The notes under the pieces are model-generated. The model saw nothing but the letters and a program-made list of their open reading frames with translations, ran no database searches and had not been told where the DNA came from. DNA of 64,000 nucleotides from an uncultured Nitrospiraceae bacterium (lineage in GTDB: Bacteria; Nitrospirota; Thermodesulfovibrionia; Thermodesulfovibrionales; Dissulfurispiraceae). Numbering within the stretch: position 1 is the stretch's first letter; every line of letters begins with the position of its first letter. The translations under genes and the position numbers were made by a program. Below are positions 30,829 through 40,676 of this stretch, piece by piece. The stretch spans positions 1,312,001-1,376,000 of the forward strand of contig CAVSHF010000003.1 in the NCBI GenBank assembly GCA_963727805.1. The letters run 5' to 3'.

Positions 30829-31266
30829 ATGGATAAGATAGTTGTCGTAGCTGATCTCGGCCATTTTAGTGCGTACAGATTTTCAAAGACCCCGCAGGGA
30901 ACAGGAAAACTTGATCTGATCGAAAGCTTCGATTCCATCGAGGCCCATGGGAGGTATTCCGAAAAAGTTACCGATCAGGCGGGCAAGTTCGGGGCTGCGA
31001 ACGGAAAAAATTGGGCCAAGGGATATGGGGAAGCGCACAACATTGATATCGAAAATGAAAAGAGGATTATAAAGAATATTGCTAAAACGATTCATAAGAT
31101 TATCAAAGAGGGGACTTGCGACAGCTGGCATCTCGCTGCCGAAAAGGCCATCAATGGCCAAATAGTAGATTATCTTGAGCCAGCGGTGAAGGCCAAGCTC
31201 GAAAAGAATATCGCCGCTAATCTTACAAAAGCCGATAAAAACGAAATTATAAGCAGATTCCTATAA
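30829..31266 (+). CDS. Host-attachment (AtsE/baeRF-like) family protein
   Basis: IVVVADLGHF, TDQAGKF, WHLAA...NLTK pattern. Confidence 0.65.
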   Translation: MDKIVVVADLGHFSAYRFSKTPQGTGKLDLIESFDSIEAHGRYSEKVTDQAGKFGAANGKNWAKGYGEAHNIDIENEKRIIKNIAKTIHKIIKEGTCDSWHLAAEKAINGQIVDYLEPAVKAKLEKNIAANLTKADKNEIISRFL

Positions 31267-31273
31267 AATTACG

Positions 31274-32065
31274 CTAAACTTTGAACGAGAGCGGGTTGTC
31301 TTTCCCGACAGCCCGCCGGCATGCTGTGATACAGTCACCACAGTTGTGGCAAAGGGGATATATTGTTCCGCCCATAGGATTGAGGCCCAATTGGCATGCC
31401 TTAACACATTCTCCGCATTTTATGCATTGGTCTGTCTCTCTCCGATAGGTGACCGACATGGTCTTTGCGATCCTGAAAATCCCGAGAAAGCCACCGACCG
31501 GACAAATATAGTTACACCACCCTCTGCGGATCATGAAAAATTCAAAAATGATGATAACCCCTATAAGCCCCAACTCCACACCCACTGCGCTAGACATCAA
31601 ATAATAAGATATTTGGACCGAAATGATTCCCGGCGCAGAGATAAGATTGGCAACAGGAAAGCCCAGAATCACAGTGAGAGTGAGCATGACAGCGAGGACT
31701 GCATATCGCGGCATGGGAGTTAGAGGCAAGCTAAAAGGCCGTTGAACCCCGATCTTTCTCGACAGGAAATCAAAAAGTTCGGAGAGCGCATTCTGCGGGC
31801 ACATCCAGCCACAAAAAACCCGTCCAAAGACAAGTGCAAATACTATCGGGATAGACATTGAAACTATCAGCGTTGCATCAGCGCTGAGGGTCGTCAGAAT
31901 GACCTGTAGGCCGCTTAATGGATCGGTTATCCAAATCGGCCCGATGGCAAGAGAATAAAGACTTCCAATTAAAGCATCGATGCCTCTCTTATTCAGCATA
32001 GGAATGGCGATGAGCATAGCTATTGTCGAAAGCTGGGTAATCCTGCGCAGAAGCCTTATCCTCAT
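31274..32065 (-). CDS. napH: NapH membrane Fe-S quinol dehydrogenase subunit
   Basis: TM helices, FCGWMCP and WCNYICP, two ferredoxin motifs; last gene of the nap operon. Confidence 0.88.
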   Translation of the reverse strand: MRIRLLRRITQLSTIAMLIAIPMLNKRGIDALIGSLYSLAIGPIWITDPLSGLQVILTTLSADATLIVSMSIPIVFALVFGRVFCGWMCPQNALSELFDFLSRKIGVQRPFSLPLTPMPRYAVLAVMLTLTVILGFPVANLISAPGIISVQISYYLMSSAVGVELGLIGVIIIFEFFMIRRGWCNYICPVGGFLGIFRIAKTMSVTYRRETDQCIKCGECVKACQLGLNPMGGTIYPLCHNCGDCITACRRAVGKDNPLSFKV

Positions 32066-32541
32066 TTGTCAGCCTTTGCCTTCACAATAATTGCTGCGGG
32101 ATCGACAGGACAAACATTCTCACATATTCCGCAACCAACACATTTTTCCTGATCGACTACAGGCCTCAATTGATCATCCATGATAATCGCCTCGTTGAAG
32201 ATCGGGCAGTTCTCGTAGCAACTCCTGCAGAGTATTCCCTGCCATGGCAAACAGGTCTTCTTGTCGATAATCGCCGTTCCCATCCTGACATTCTGCATAC
32301 GCGCTAACTCGCGGTCCAGGGCCCCCGATGGACAGACTGGAGGACACTTCATGCAGAGATAACACGGGATTTCGCGGGCCCTGATGTAAGGAGTCCCCAT
32401 CATCGACAGCCCGTCGAGAAGGCTTACGACTATTATCGACCGATACGGGCAGACCTGTGCGCACTTTCCGCACCGGATGCAAGAGCCAAGAAATTTCCTC
32501 TCACCCTGCGCTCCGGGCGGCCTCAGAGGCTTTCTACTCAT
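32062..32541 (-). CDS. napG: NapG/MauM-type 4x[4Fe-4S] ferredoxin, no Tat leader
   Basis: LRPPGA, CIRCGKCAQVCP, GTPYI, CYLCMKCPPVCP, CRSCYENCP, CVGCGICENVCP. Confidence 0.85.
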   Translation of the reverse strand: MSRKPLRPPGAQGERKFLGSCIRCGKCAQVCPYRSIIVVSLLDGLSMMGTPYIRAREIPCYLCMKCPPVCPSGALDRELARMQNVRMGTAIIDKKTCLPWQGILCRSCYENCPIFNEAIIMDDQLRPVVDQEKCVGCGICENVCPVDPAAIIVKAKADK

Positions 32542-32761
32542 CGATCGAAGAATAGACTGGATAAACTCCCACCACTCCTTCCAATGTCTGCATATTTCTT
32601 ATACTCTCTTCTATAACACCTATCGAGTCGCCATCCATAACAACAACAATCTGGTTTTCTTTGACTCCGTACACACTCACTTCAGGCATCTGAGCGAGGA
32701 TCCCTAATACAGCCCCAATCAAACCCTCTTCGGTTTCTACTACGGCACTTGCGATCGGCAT
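32534..32761 (-). CDS. napD: NapD Tat chaperone
   Basis: MPIASAVV...IVVVMD...GV pattern; directly after napA. Confidence 0.85.
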   Translation of the reverse strand: MPIASAVVETEEGLIGAVLGILAQMPEVSVYGVKENQIVVVMDGDSIGVIEESIRNMQTLEGVVGVYPVYSSIDE

Positions 32762-35079
32762 TATACCTTCTCCACCCGCACCGCGCAGATCTTGAATTCT
32801 GGCTGCTTCGAGAGTGCGTCAAAGGCGTCAATAGTCACTAAGTTGATGAGCCTGTTTGGGTCATGGAATGATGCATAGACAAGTCCATCCCTCGGCACAT
32901 CGACGACCTTCGCTTCCATGACGACCGAACCCCTTCTTGAGGTGATCTTCACCATGTCCTTGGTCTTGACCCCGATATTTCTGGCATCCCTTGAGTTCAT
33001 CTCTAGGAACCCGTGGGGAGCTGCGCGCTTCAGTTCAGGCACGTTGTAAGTCATTGTACCGGTGTGCCAATGTTCAAGCTGCCTGCCGGTAGTAAGAACA
33101 AAAGGATAGTCTGAATCGGTGGGCTCAGCCGGGCCTTTGTGCGGCCTGAGCCAGATGGTTGCCCGGTTTCCATCAACCTTTGCCCCGTAGAATGACACAT
33201 CCTCGGCCTGGGGATCGAACTTTTTCACGAGAGGGTCACCATATTTTGCAGTGTATCGCCTTGCTGTGCCGGTGCTGTCTTCCGTCGGCACAGGCCATTG
33301 CATTCCATGGGCCTTCCTGAGACGCGCCCTTGTCATGCCCTTGAAATCGTAGGCCGTCCCTTTAGAGGCCATGCGTATCTCGTTCCAAACATCTTCAGTG
33401 CCCTTGTATGCGAAAAGTTTCTTTGCTTCAGCGTCTCTCCCGAGGGCCTTGAAAAGCCTGTTCGCAAAATCGATCATGACCTGGAGGTCAGGTTTGGCTT
33501 CTGCAGTAGGGTCTACAGCCTTTTCGAGATACTGATATCTCCTCTCAGATTGCCCATAAGTGCCATCCTTCTCGACCCATAGAGCCGCAGGCAGGACAAG
33601 GTCGGCAAGTTCAGATGTCCTCGACGGATGATAAGCCTCAGAGACGACGAGAAACGTTTCATCCGATGCCATCCCCTTACGATAGGATGCGAGATTGGGA
33701 AGGCTTTGACCAGGATTCGTGCAGGCGATCCAAAGGCATTTTATGTCACCCTTATTAAACTCCTGGAACATCTCGATCGCTGTAGGACCTGGTTTGGGCG
33801 CTATACGTCCTTTCGGAACTGACCAGAATTTCTCCATTTCCTCCCTGTCTTTGTCATTCGCAACAACCCTGCCATAGGGAAGTAAATGGCTCAGGAGCCC
33901 ACCGTCTCTGACCCCGCCGCAGGCGTTTGGTTGTCCTGTGAGCGAAAAAGACGTGGCGCCAGGCCTACATATCTGGCCGGTAATAAGATGAAGGTTGTGG
34001 ACAAGATTGTTAGCCCATACCCCTCTTGTTCTCTGATTGAGACCCATGCACCAATAGCTCGATGTTGCCTTTGACTGTGCAAACCACCGCGCTGCCTTGA
34101 TGATGTCCTCTTTCGAGCATTTTGATACTTTTTCAGCCATCTCAGGTGTATACTCGTCGAGAAACTTCACGTAGTCGTCCCATGTAGTTTTTTCGATCTT
34201 GGGCGGAGGGCCGGGGTCGATCATCTTCTTGAAAACCGTATGCTTGTCAACGAAGTTTTTATTGTAGAGGTTTTCTTTCACAATGACATGCGCCATCGCG
34301 TTCAGAATCGCAAGATCCATGCCCGGAATGAAACTCATATGAAGATCAGCGATTTTTGCCGAAAGAGTTTTCCTCGGATCGGCAACAATGATCTTTACGT
34401 CCTTTCCCTTCTGCTTTCTTTCATTGACTATCCTAAATATGACAGGATGGGCCTCGGCCATGTTCGATCCAATGAGGAAGAAACAGTCCGCGTGATACAT
34501 GTCGTCATATGAGCCCATGGGCTCATCCTTGCCGAACGTGGAGACATATCCAACTGCTGCGGAAGCCATACAGAGACGAGGATTCCCGTCAATATTGTTG
34601 GTTCCCAGCCCACCCTTGAAGAATTTCGATATGAAGTATGACTCTTCGGTGTATGCCTGCCCCGAGCCATAGAAAGCTACTGAATTGGCACCATTTTTCT
34701 TTATCGATTCGGCGAACTTGGATACCATGAGATCCATCGCCTCTTTCCATGATATACGCTCGAACTTATTGCCTTTCCTGAGCATGGGATATTTTGCTCT
34801 GTCAGCCGCATAAAGTATCGGAGCAAGAAAATATCCTTTAATGCAGAGGAAACCCTTGTTCCAGTTGTCATTGTCACCTTTGACGCTGACAACCTTACCG
34901 CCCTTTACTCCTACATAAACCCCGCAGCCCGCGCCACAATATCTGCAGACGGCCTTGACCCACTTTTCAGCTTGTACTGCCGCCTCGATCCCCGGTGGCA
35001 ATGGCAGATCGAGTCCAATGGCCGAAGCCGCTGCAAGGGCCGCCGAGAATTTGAGCAATTGTCTTCTTGTTAATTCCAT
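32761..35079 (-). CDS. napA: Periplasmic nitrate reductase catalytic subunit
   Basis: Tat signal TRRQLLK, CRYCGAGC, NPRLCMASA (Cys Mo ligand), GQPNACG, EHWHTGTMT, KQPEFKICAV. Confidence 0.95.
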   Translation of the reverse strand: MELTRRQLLKFSAALAAASAIGLDLPLPPGIEAAVQAEKWVKAVCRYCGAGCGVYVGVKGGKVVSVKGDNDNWNKGFLCIKGYFLAPILYAADRAKYPMLRKGNKFERISWKEAMDLMVSKFAESIKKNGANSVAFYGSGQAYTEESYFISKFFKGGLGTNNIDGNPRLCMASAAVGYVSTFGKDEPMGSYDDMYHADCFFLIGSNMAEAHPVIFRIVNERKQKGKDVKIIVADPRKTLSAKIADLHMSFIPGMDLAILNAMAHVIVKENLYNKNFVDKHTVFKKMIDPGPPPKIEKTTWDDYVKFLDEYTPEMAEKVSKCSKEDIIKAARWFAQSKATSSYWCMGLNQRTRGVWANNLVHNLHLITGQICRPGATSFSLTGQPNACGGVRDGGLLSHLLPYGRVVANDKDREEMEKFWSVPKGRIAPKPGPTAIEMFQEFNKGDIKCLWIACTNPGQSLPNLASYRKGMASDETFLVVSEAYHPSRTSELADLVLPAALWVEKDGTYGQSERRYQYLEKAVDPTAEAKPDLQVMIDFANRLFKALGRDAEAKKLFAYKGTEDVWNEIRMASKGTAYDFKGMTRARLRKAHGMQWPVPTEDSTGTARRYTAKYGDPLVKKFDPQAEDVSFYGAKVDGNRATIWLRPHKGPAEPTDSDYPFVLTTGRQLEHWHTGTMTYNVPELKRAAPHGFLEMNSRDARNIGVKTKDMVKITSRRGSVVMEAKVVDVPRDGLVYASFHDPNRLINLVTIDAFDALSKQPEFKICAVRVEKV

Positions 35080-35091
35080 CGTAATCCCTCC

Positions 35092-35451
35092 TTAGCGAAT
35101 TTGTTCCACGGACTTCGGCTTTAATGAGTGCCCATCGTGACAGCCCCAGCAAATCTTCAGTCTTTCTTTGTGTCCTGACGCCGCACCGGATACCTGTTCG
35201 GCGTGACAACCGGTGCATTTCTCGGGGCTTGGACGCATTATGAAATTCTTGTCAAGATCTCCGTGACAAACGACGCACCCGACACCCATAAGACCGTGTT
35301 TGCCGTCCTGCCATACCTCAGACTCTTTGTCGTGACATTCACTGCATGCTTGGTCCGGAGGCACAGCTGGGTGCTTTTTGACCACGGCCATTGACACTAC
35401 CGGTAGAAATGTCAAAATCAATAAAATGGTAATAAGTCTTTTCTTTATCAT
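35092..35451 (-). CDS. napM: Tetraheme cytochrome c (NapM-like)
   Basis: Signal peptide plus four CxxCH (CSECH, CVVCH, CTGCH, CWGCH), upstream of napA as in Desulfovibrio napCMADGH. Confidence 0.8.
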   Translation of the reverse strand: MIKKRLITILLILTFLPVVSMAVVKKHPAVPPDQACSECHDKESEVWQDGKHGLMGVGCVVCHGDLDKNFIMRPSPEKCTGCHAEQVSGAASGHKERLKICWGCHDGHSLKPKSVEQIR

Positions 35452-35459
35452 GCCGCCTC

Positions 35460-35609
35460 CTAAAAAAGGATGGCGGCATTTGTGCCGCCATCCAAGTACT
35501 GTGCCTGCGCTACTTCACAACCGGTTTCGGCACCAGATGAGAAATGAAGACCGCCTGCCATAGTCAGCACAGACGCCGCGATATATACCAGAAACAACTT
35601 TTTACTCAT
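35460..35609 (-). CDS. 49-aa signal-peptide-like ORF ahead of napM (leader or deletion remnant)
   Basis: AGGAG RBS; MSKKLFLVYIAASVLTMAGGLHFSSGAETGCEVAQAQYLDGGTNAAILF. Confidence 0.45.
   Translation of the reverse strand: MSKKLFLVYIAASVLTMAGGLHFSSGAETGCEVAQAQYLDGGTNAAILF
35462..35493 (-). terminator. Intrinsic terminator-like hairpin immediately before the napM RBS
   Basis: GGATGGCGGCA-CAAA-TGCCGCCATCC followed by TTTTTT. Confidence 0.7.
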
Positions 35610-35870
35610 ACCCATCTCCTCGATAATGCTTGATAATTTCCAAAAGCCTTTTCATAAAAAAGCCGCCTTGAATTACCCCTTCGAATATTGCTGAATTACT
35701 ACATAAAAGTATAGCTATTTCTATTGTAATCGTGAATTGCGTAAATGTTCAGTTAATAACGGTAAATTTTCTGTTAATTTCAGTCTCTATAATTCGAGAG
35801 CTGGGTGTCGAGAGAAATTCTGACTTTTTCGGTTGACAACTGCGGGAAATATTCCCTAAACTTAACGGTT

Positions 35871-37511
35871 ATGGAAAAAGCGCTTCGTGCAATACTCGAC
35901 CAGGTGGTGAAGAGACTGACTGGATCGGAGCTCGGCACTATCGAGATAGAAATCCCAAAAGAGGAAGGGTTCGGAGACCTCTCGACTCCCATTGCCATGG
36001 GACTGGCGAAAGTACTCAAAAAGCCACCAAGGAAGATAGCAGAGGAGATCGTAGCCATGATCGAACCGGCAGACATCTTCGAAAGGATTGAGATCGCCGG
36101 CCCCGGATTTATAAACTTCTATTTTTCGCGGGTCTTTATCTGTAGGAAACTCATAGGACTTCTTAATAAAGGCGATTCCTTTCTTTCCGAGAACATCGGG
36201 AAAGGCAAAAAAGTGCAGATTGAATTTGTGAGCGCAAATCCCACGGGCCCTCTTCACCTCGGACATGGGAGGGGAGCTGCCTTCGGAGCAGCCCTCGCAA
36301 ACTTGCTTGCCGAGACGGGTTTCCGGATTGAAAAAGAATTTTACATCAATGATGCGGGCAGACAAGTGCGACTCCTGGGCTTATCCGTATTCGCCAAGTA
36401 TAAAGTTTTGTGCGGAAAGGAATACCCCTTCCCCGAGGAGGGATATCGGGGGTACTACATAGATGGCCTTGCAACTGAATTCAGGTCACTCTTCGGCGAA
36501 GAATTTGCCACCAAAAATTTCAATGAAGCTTCAGAAACTGTAATCGACTTTTCATATAAAAAAATGCTGGATTTAATCAGAAAAGACCTTGAGGACTTCG
36601 GGGTCTTTTTTGATACCTGGCAGAGTGAGCGGGAACTCTACAATAAGGGGGAAGTGGAAAAGGCCCTAGATGATCTGAAGGCCCGTGATTACGTTTATGC
36701 GCAAGAAGGTGCTATCTGGTTCAGATCTACGGCCTTCGGTGACGACAAGGACAGGGTCATCATCAAAAAAGATGGTGAGTACACTTATTTCGCTCCCGAC
36801 ATCGCGTATCACCGCAACAAGGTGCTCCGGGGCTTCAGTGAACTCATCGATATCTGGGGCGCGGATCATCATGGCTACGTTCCCCGGATGCAGGCGGTCA
36901 TACAAGCCCTCGGTCTTCCGAAGGAGAGCCTTCGAGTGCTGCTCGTTCAGATGGTTTCGCTTCTGAAAGGCGGCGAACCGGTCCAGATGTCAAAGCGCGC
37001 CGGCGAATTCATTACCTTAAGAGAGATCATGGACGAGATCGGTCCCGATACAACTAAATTCCTGTTCCTGACAAGAAGGTCTGATAGCCACCTGGAAGTG
37101 GATATTGAAGTCGCCAAGGCACAATCGAGCGAAAATCCCGTATTCTATGTCCAGTACGCCCATGCGAGGATCAACAGCATCTTCGAGAAGGCAAGGGAAT
37201 TGGGATTCAATATGCAGGATTCCGGAGATTTCAACGGTGAGCTATTTAACGACGAGGAGATGAAGATCGTCAAAAAAGTACTCTCATATCCCATGATGCT
37301 CAGGGGTGCTGCGCTGGCCCGCGAACCTCACCGGATAACTTTCTGCCTCCAGGAATTGGCCGGGTTATTCCATCCGTACTACCACCGGTACAGAGTTATT
37401 ACCGAAGATAACGAATTAACAAGGGCACGCCTTGCCATCTGTGCAGCTGTAGCTATCGTCCTGAAACACGGCTCGAAAATATTGGGAGTAAAAGCACCAG
37501 AGAAGATGTAG
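35871..37511 (+). CDS. argS: Arginine--tRNA ligase
   Basis: EFVSANPTGPLHLGHGRG (HIGH), WGADHHGY, MSKRAG, YVQYAHARI. Likely start is ATG 35871. Confidence 0.97.
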   Translation: MEKALRAILDQVVKRLTGSELGTIEIEIPKEEGFGDLSTPIAMGLAKVLKKPPRKIAEEIVAMIEPADIFERIEIAGPGFINFYFSRVFICRKLIGLLNKGDSFLSENIGKGKKVQIEFVSANPTGPLHLGHGRGAAFGAALANLLAETGFRIEKEFYINDAGRQVRLLGLSVFAKYKVLCGKEYPFPEEGYRGYYIDGLATEFRSLFGEEFATKNFNEASETVIDFSYKKMLDLIRKDLEDFGVFFDTWQSERELYNKGEVEKALDDLKARDYVYAQEGAIWFRSTAFGDDKDRVIIKKDGEYTYFAPDIAYHRNKVLRGFSELIDIWGADHHGYVPRMQAVIQALGLPKESLRVLLVQMVSLLKGGEPVQMSKRAGEFITLREIMDEIGPDTTKFLFLTRRSDSHLEVDIEVAKAQSSENPVFYVQYAHARINSIFEKARELGFNMQDSGDFNGELFNDEEMKIVKKVLSYPMMLRGAALAREPHRITFCLQELAGLFHPYYHRYRVITEDNELTRARLAICAAVAIVLKHGSKILGVKAPEKM

Positions 37512-37933
37512 GGAAGCTCAGCATGGTAGTCCCCCTTATAGCGCCGACATGTCATCTCAGACCCCTTTTTCCATTTGTACCACTGGTTTGGCGGCATAAC
37601 AGCCTCCAATGAATATAAGAAATAAAATATGCATTACTTGTTTCCCCATGCCCTTGCCTCCGCAAGCGCTCTGTTCAGATGACAATTATTAAACCACCTG
37701 GTCATTATTGCCAGGCGTACATCACACTGAAGAACAGAATAGAACATACTCTGCTTAATTTCATACTATTATAATCACAACCTATATATGTATGCCCCTA
37801 TCACCACGAAATACCAGCTTGGTCTAACAAGGCATTAATGTCAAAGGACCACAAATTGCCCGATTTGCAGTGAAATGGACAATCCCGGAGATATCGCGAC
37901 ATGCTGCATGCAGATAGGGAGAAACTGGTTGGT

Positions 37934-38653
37934 CTATGCTGTCAGTATTTCGAGGGAGATCAATTCAAGCGCCCGCACCGGGTCTTCATGTTTGAGGATG
38001 CCTCTGCCCATCACGATATAGTCCGCACCCTCTTTGATAGCGGCTTGCGGGGTGGCCGTTCGATTCTGATCATCGGGGGGCACCCATGAAGGCCTAATTC
38101 CCGGCGTGACTACCAGAAAATCTTTGCCACAGGCGTTTTTGATAATAGATATTTCCTGCGGTGAGGCGACTACTCCGTCGAGGCCCGCCTGCTGGGCCAA
38201 GGAGGAGAGGTTCTTAACTTGCGACTTGACGCCGTGCTGCACGCAGAGTTCATTCTTCAGGGCGTCGCTGTTGAGGCTTGTGAGGACCGTTACACCGATC
38301 ATCTTAGGTCTTCTTAAGTTCTCTTTAAGGCACACATCGTCGACCTTGTCCTTGCATCGTTTCATCATATCCAGCCCGCCCGACGTGTGCAGATTAAACA
38401 TGTAGACGCCAAGTCGCGCTGCCGCAACAGCAGCCTTCGACACCGTATTGGGAATGTCGTGAAACTTGAGGTCGAGGAAGACCTTCTTGCCCTTATCGTG
38501 TAATTTTTCGACTATCGAAGGCCCAGTGGAAACGAAGAGCTCGAAACCGACTTTATACGTATTGATGTCGTCGCCAAGCATTTCGACTATGCCGAGTGCT
38601 TTCTCGGGCGCAGAAACATCAAGCGCTATGATGAGTTTATCTTTCCAGGACAT
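37934..38653 (-). CDS. pyrF: Orotidine-5'-phosphate decarboxylase
   Basis: LIIALD, FLDLKFHDIPNT, VTVLTS, VTPGIRP. Confidence 0.97.
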   Translation of the reverse strand: MSWKDKLIIALDVSAPEKALGIVEMLGDDINTYKVGFELFVSTGPSIVEKLHDKGKKVFLDLKFHDIPNTVSKAAVAAARLGVYMFNLHTSGGLDMMKRCKDKVDDVCLKENLRRPKMIGVTVLTSLNSDALKNELCVQHGVKSQVKNLSSLAQQAGLDGVVASPQEISIIKNACGKDFLVVTPGIRPSWVPPDDQNRTATPQAAIKEGADYIVMGRGILKHEDPVRALELISLEILTA

Positions 38654-38675
38654 TTTTCATGTATGGGGGTGGATA

Positions 38676-39236
38676 TTATACTTTCGGAAGTGTAATTCCC
38701 TTTTGCGCTTGGTATTTCCCGGCCTTGTCTTTATACGATACCTCGCACATCTCGGCAGCCTGAAGAAAGATGATTTGAGCAATTCCTTCGTTTGCGTATA
38801 TTTTTGCGGGAAGCGTTGACGTATTTGAAATCTCTATCGTCACATGCCCTTCCCACTCAGGCTCAAGAGGTGTAACATTGACAACAAGCCCGCACCGCGC
38901 ATAGGTCGATTTGCCGAAGCAGATGACAAGCACGTCTCTTGGTATCTTGAAGTACTCCAGCGATGTGGCGAGCACAAAAGAATTAGGCGGGATAATGCAG
39001 GCATCACCTTTAAAGTCTGCAAAGCCCGCAGGATCGAATTTTTTTGGATCGACGCACGTGCTGTTGACATTAGTAAATATCTTGAACTCGTCGCCAATCC
39101 GCATGTCATAGCCGTAGGAGCTAACTCCGTATGAAATAACGCCCTGACGCCCCTGTGAGTCGCTAAAGGGCGCGATCATACCATTGCGCGCCATCTCACG
39201 AATCCACCTGTCATTTTTGATCACAGATCCTCCCAA
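38676..39236 (-). CDS. dcd: dCTP deaminase
   Basis: [36 protein letters not shown]. Confidence 0.96.
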   Translation of the reverse strand: MGGSVIKNDRWIREMARNGMIAPFSDSQGRQGVISYGVSSYGYDMRIGDEFKIFTNVNSTCVDPKKFDPAGFADFKGDACIIPPNSFVLATSLEYFKIPRDVLVICFGKSTYARCGLVVNVTPLEPEWEGHVTIEISNTSTLPAKIYANEGIAQIIFLQAAEMCEVSYKDKAGKYQAQKGITLPKV

Positions 39237-39280
39237 CGGATATCAAAAAAAGGAACTGCAAATAATACGGAAAGACCGTA

Positions 39281-39553
39281 TCAGACTTCGAAAAGACTGC
39301 GGGGCTGCTCGGGCTGCAGGTCGTCGTAATCCTCAAGGGCTTCGGCGTACTCCCTGATTAGTTTCATGGAATCGAGAGCGACCGCTTCGTCTACCTTCTG
39401 GATCGCAAAGCCGGCGTGCACAAGCACATACTCACCCACCTGCGCTTCCTCGGGCAGTAATATCAGGCTGACTTCCCTTCGGGCGCCGAAGACATCAACA
39501 GTCGCAAGAAGGTTATCTATATTGATAACTTTTGAGGGGACGGCAAGACACAT
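39281..39553 (-). CDS. hypC: Hydrogenase maturation chaperone HypC
   Basis: MCLAVP start; YVLVHAGFAI. Confidence 0.95.
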   Translation of the reverse strand: MCLAVPSKVINIDNLLATVDVFGARREVSLILLPEEAQVGEYVLVHAGFAIQKVDEAVALDSMKLIREYAEALEDYDDLQPEQPRSLFEV

Positions 39554-40032
39554 TCTATATTCCACTCCTTCAGCTTATCGATGGTCAAATCGATGACTTT
39601 CTCTATATTAGCATTAACAATATCAGACATTTCAAGGCCGAAGGTAAAATCAATGTCAGCTGGCTGCATGCCGATCAGGCAAACCTTCGACGGCATGACA
39701 CCTTTCAGCTTCGCAACCGAAAGGAGATCGGCAAGACCGATCTGATGCACGGAAAGTTTGGAAAAGATAACGGCAGGGATCTGGTCGTTTTCGAGTATCC
39801 CGATATAACCAGGCTCCCTGCCGAAATTTACCGCGTCGACTATCAGGACCCGGTCGAACTGCTCGAAAAGAGGAAGGAGGTCAAGGCCCAGCGTGCCGCC
39901 ATCGATAATCTCCAACTCCGGAGAGTAGTCATACCTCTCCTTTATCGTTGTGACCACGTGGACCCCAAGCCTCTCATCTTTAAGCAGTATATTCCCGAGC
40001 CCTAAAAGTACTGTCGACAAATTAGTGCCCAT
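39517..40032 (-). CDS. Hydrogenase maturation endopeptidase (HyaD/HybD family)
   Basis: GLGNILLKDE, IDGGTLG, IVDAV, SVHQ. Confidence 0.93.
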   Translation of the reverse strand: MGTNLSTVLLGLGNILLKDERLGVHVVTTIKERYDYSPELEIIDGGTLGLDLLPLFEQFDRVLIVDAVNFGREPGYIGILENDQIPAVIFSKLSVHQIGLADLLSVAKLKGVMPSKVCLIGMQPADIDFTFGLEMSDIVNANIEKVIDLTIDKLKEWNIECVLPSPQKLSI

Positions 40033-40666
40033 CCTCCATATTTTTATAGCCGCTGAATATCGAGCTCATCAAACCATTCCTCTCGATGAGGTCATTGTGC
40101 CACGAGATGTACACATGAACGATCACGAAAAGGCCAATGACCCACATGATCAAGTGGTGGACAAGCCTCAGATAGGCAACGCTCATCAGGCTCAGCGACC
40201 AGCCCCCAAGAAGCGTCCAAAGAATTCCGCCTCCAAGAGCCTCTTTATACATCGCAAAACCCGTAACGATCTCTATGATGTATAAAACAAACAGAAACAG
40301 GTACGAAAGCCCGGCCAACCCGGTATGTCCCGGATAGTGCGGCAGGTCCTTCCTGCAGAATGCATAGAACGCTGCCGTACAAACCGTGTTATCCAACCTC
40401 TCTTTCGACGTCGGGATGAACTGGTTGAGCTTCGCATACTTGTTGCCTGCAAACCACCAGTACATCCTCACTATGACGCAGACCGTAAAGAGAAAGGCCG
40501 CGACAAAGTGAACGAACCGCATGTAAGCCATGATCAGTGAATCGGCATCTCCATCCAAGAAGGGGGCGCCGATGTAAAACCCCGTTACGGATAGCACCAC
40601 GATGCTCAACGCAATCAGCCAGTGCGCCACTCGTACCGGGAACTCCCAAACATAAACTCGACTCAT
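40022..40666 (-). CDS. [NiFe]-hydrogenase b-type cytochrome subunit (HyaC/CybH)
   Basis: VYVWEFPVRVAHW, RFVHF, RLVHHLIMW, HVY, SSIFSGYK. Confidence 0.93.
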   Translation of the reverse strand: MSRVYVWEFPVRVAHWLIALSIVVLSVTGFYIGAPFLDGDADSLIMAYMRFVHFVAAFLFTVCVIVRMYWWFAGNKYAKLNQFIPTSKERLDNTVCTAAFYAFCRKDLPHYPGHTGLAGLSYLFLFVLYIIEIVTGFAMYKEALGGGILWTLLGGWSLSLMSVAYLRLVHHLIMWVIGLFVIVHVYISWHNDLIERNGLMSSIFSGYKNMEDGH

Positions 40667-40676
40667 GGCGGCCTCC

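Noticed and set aside
37557..37649. 30-aa lipoprotein-like ORF with RBS (minus strand)
   Set aside because: Too short and unrecognisable; at best a gene remnant.
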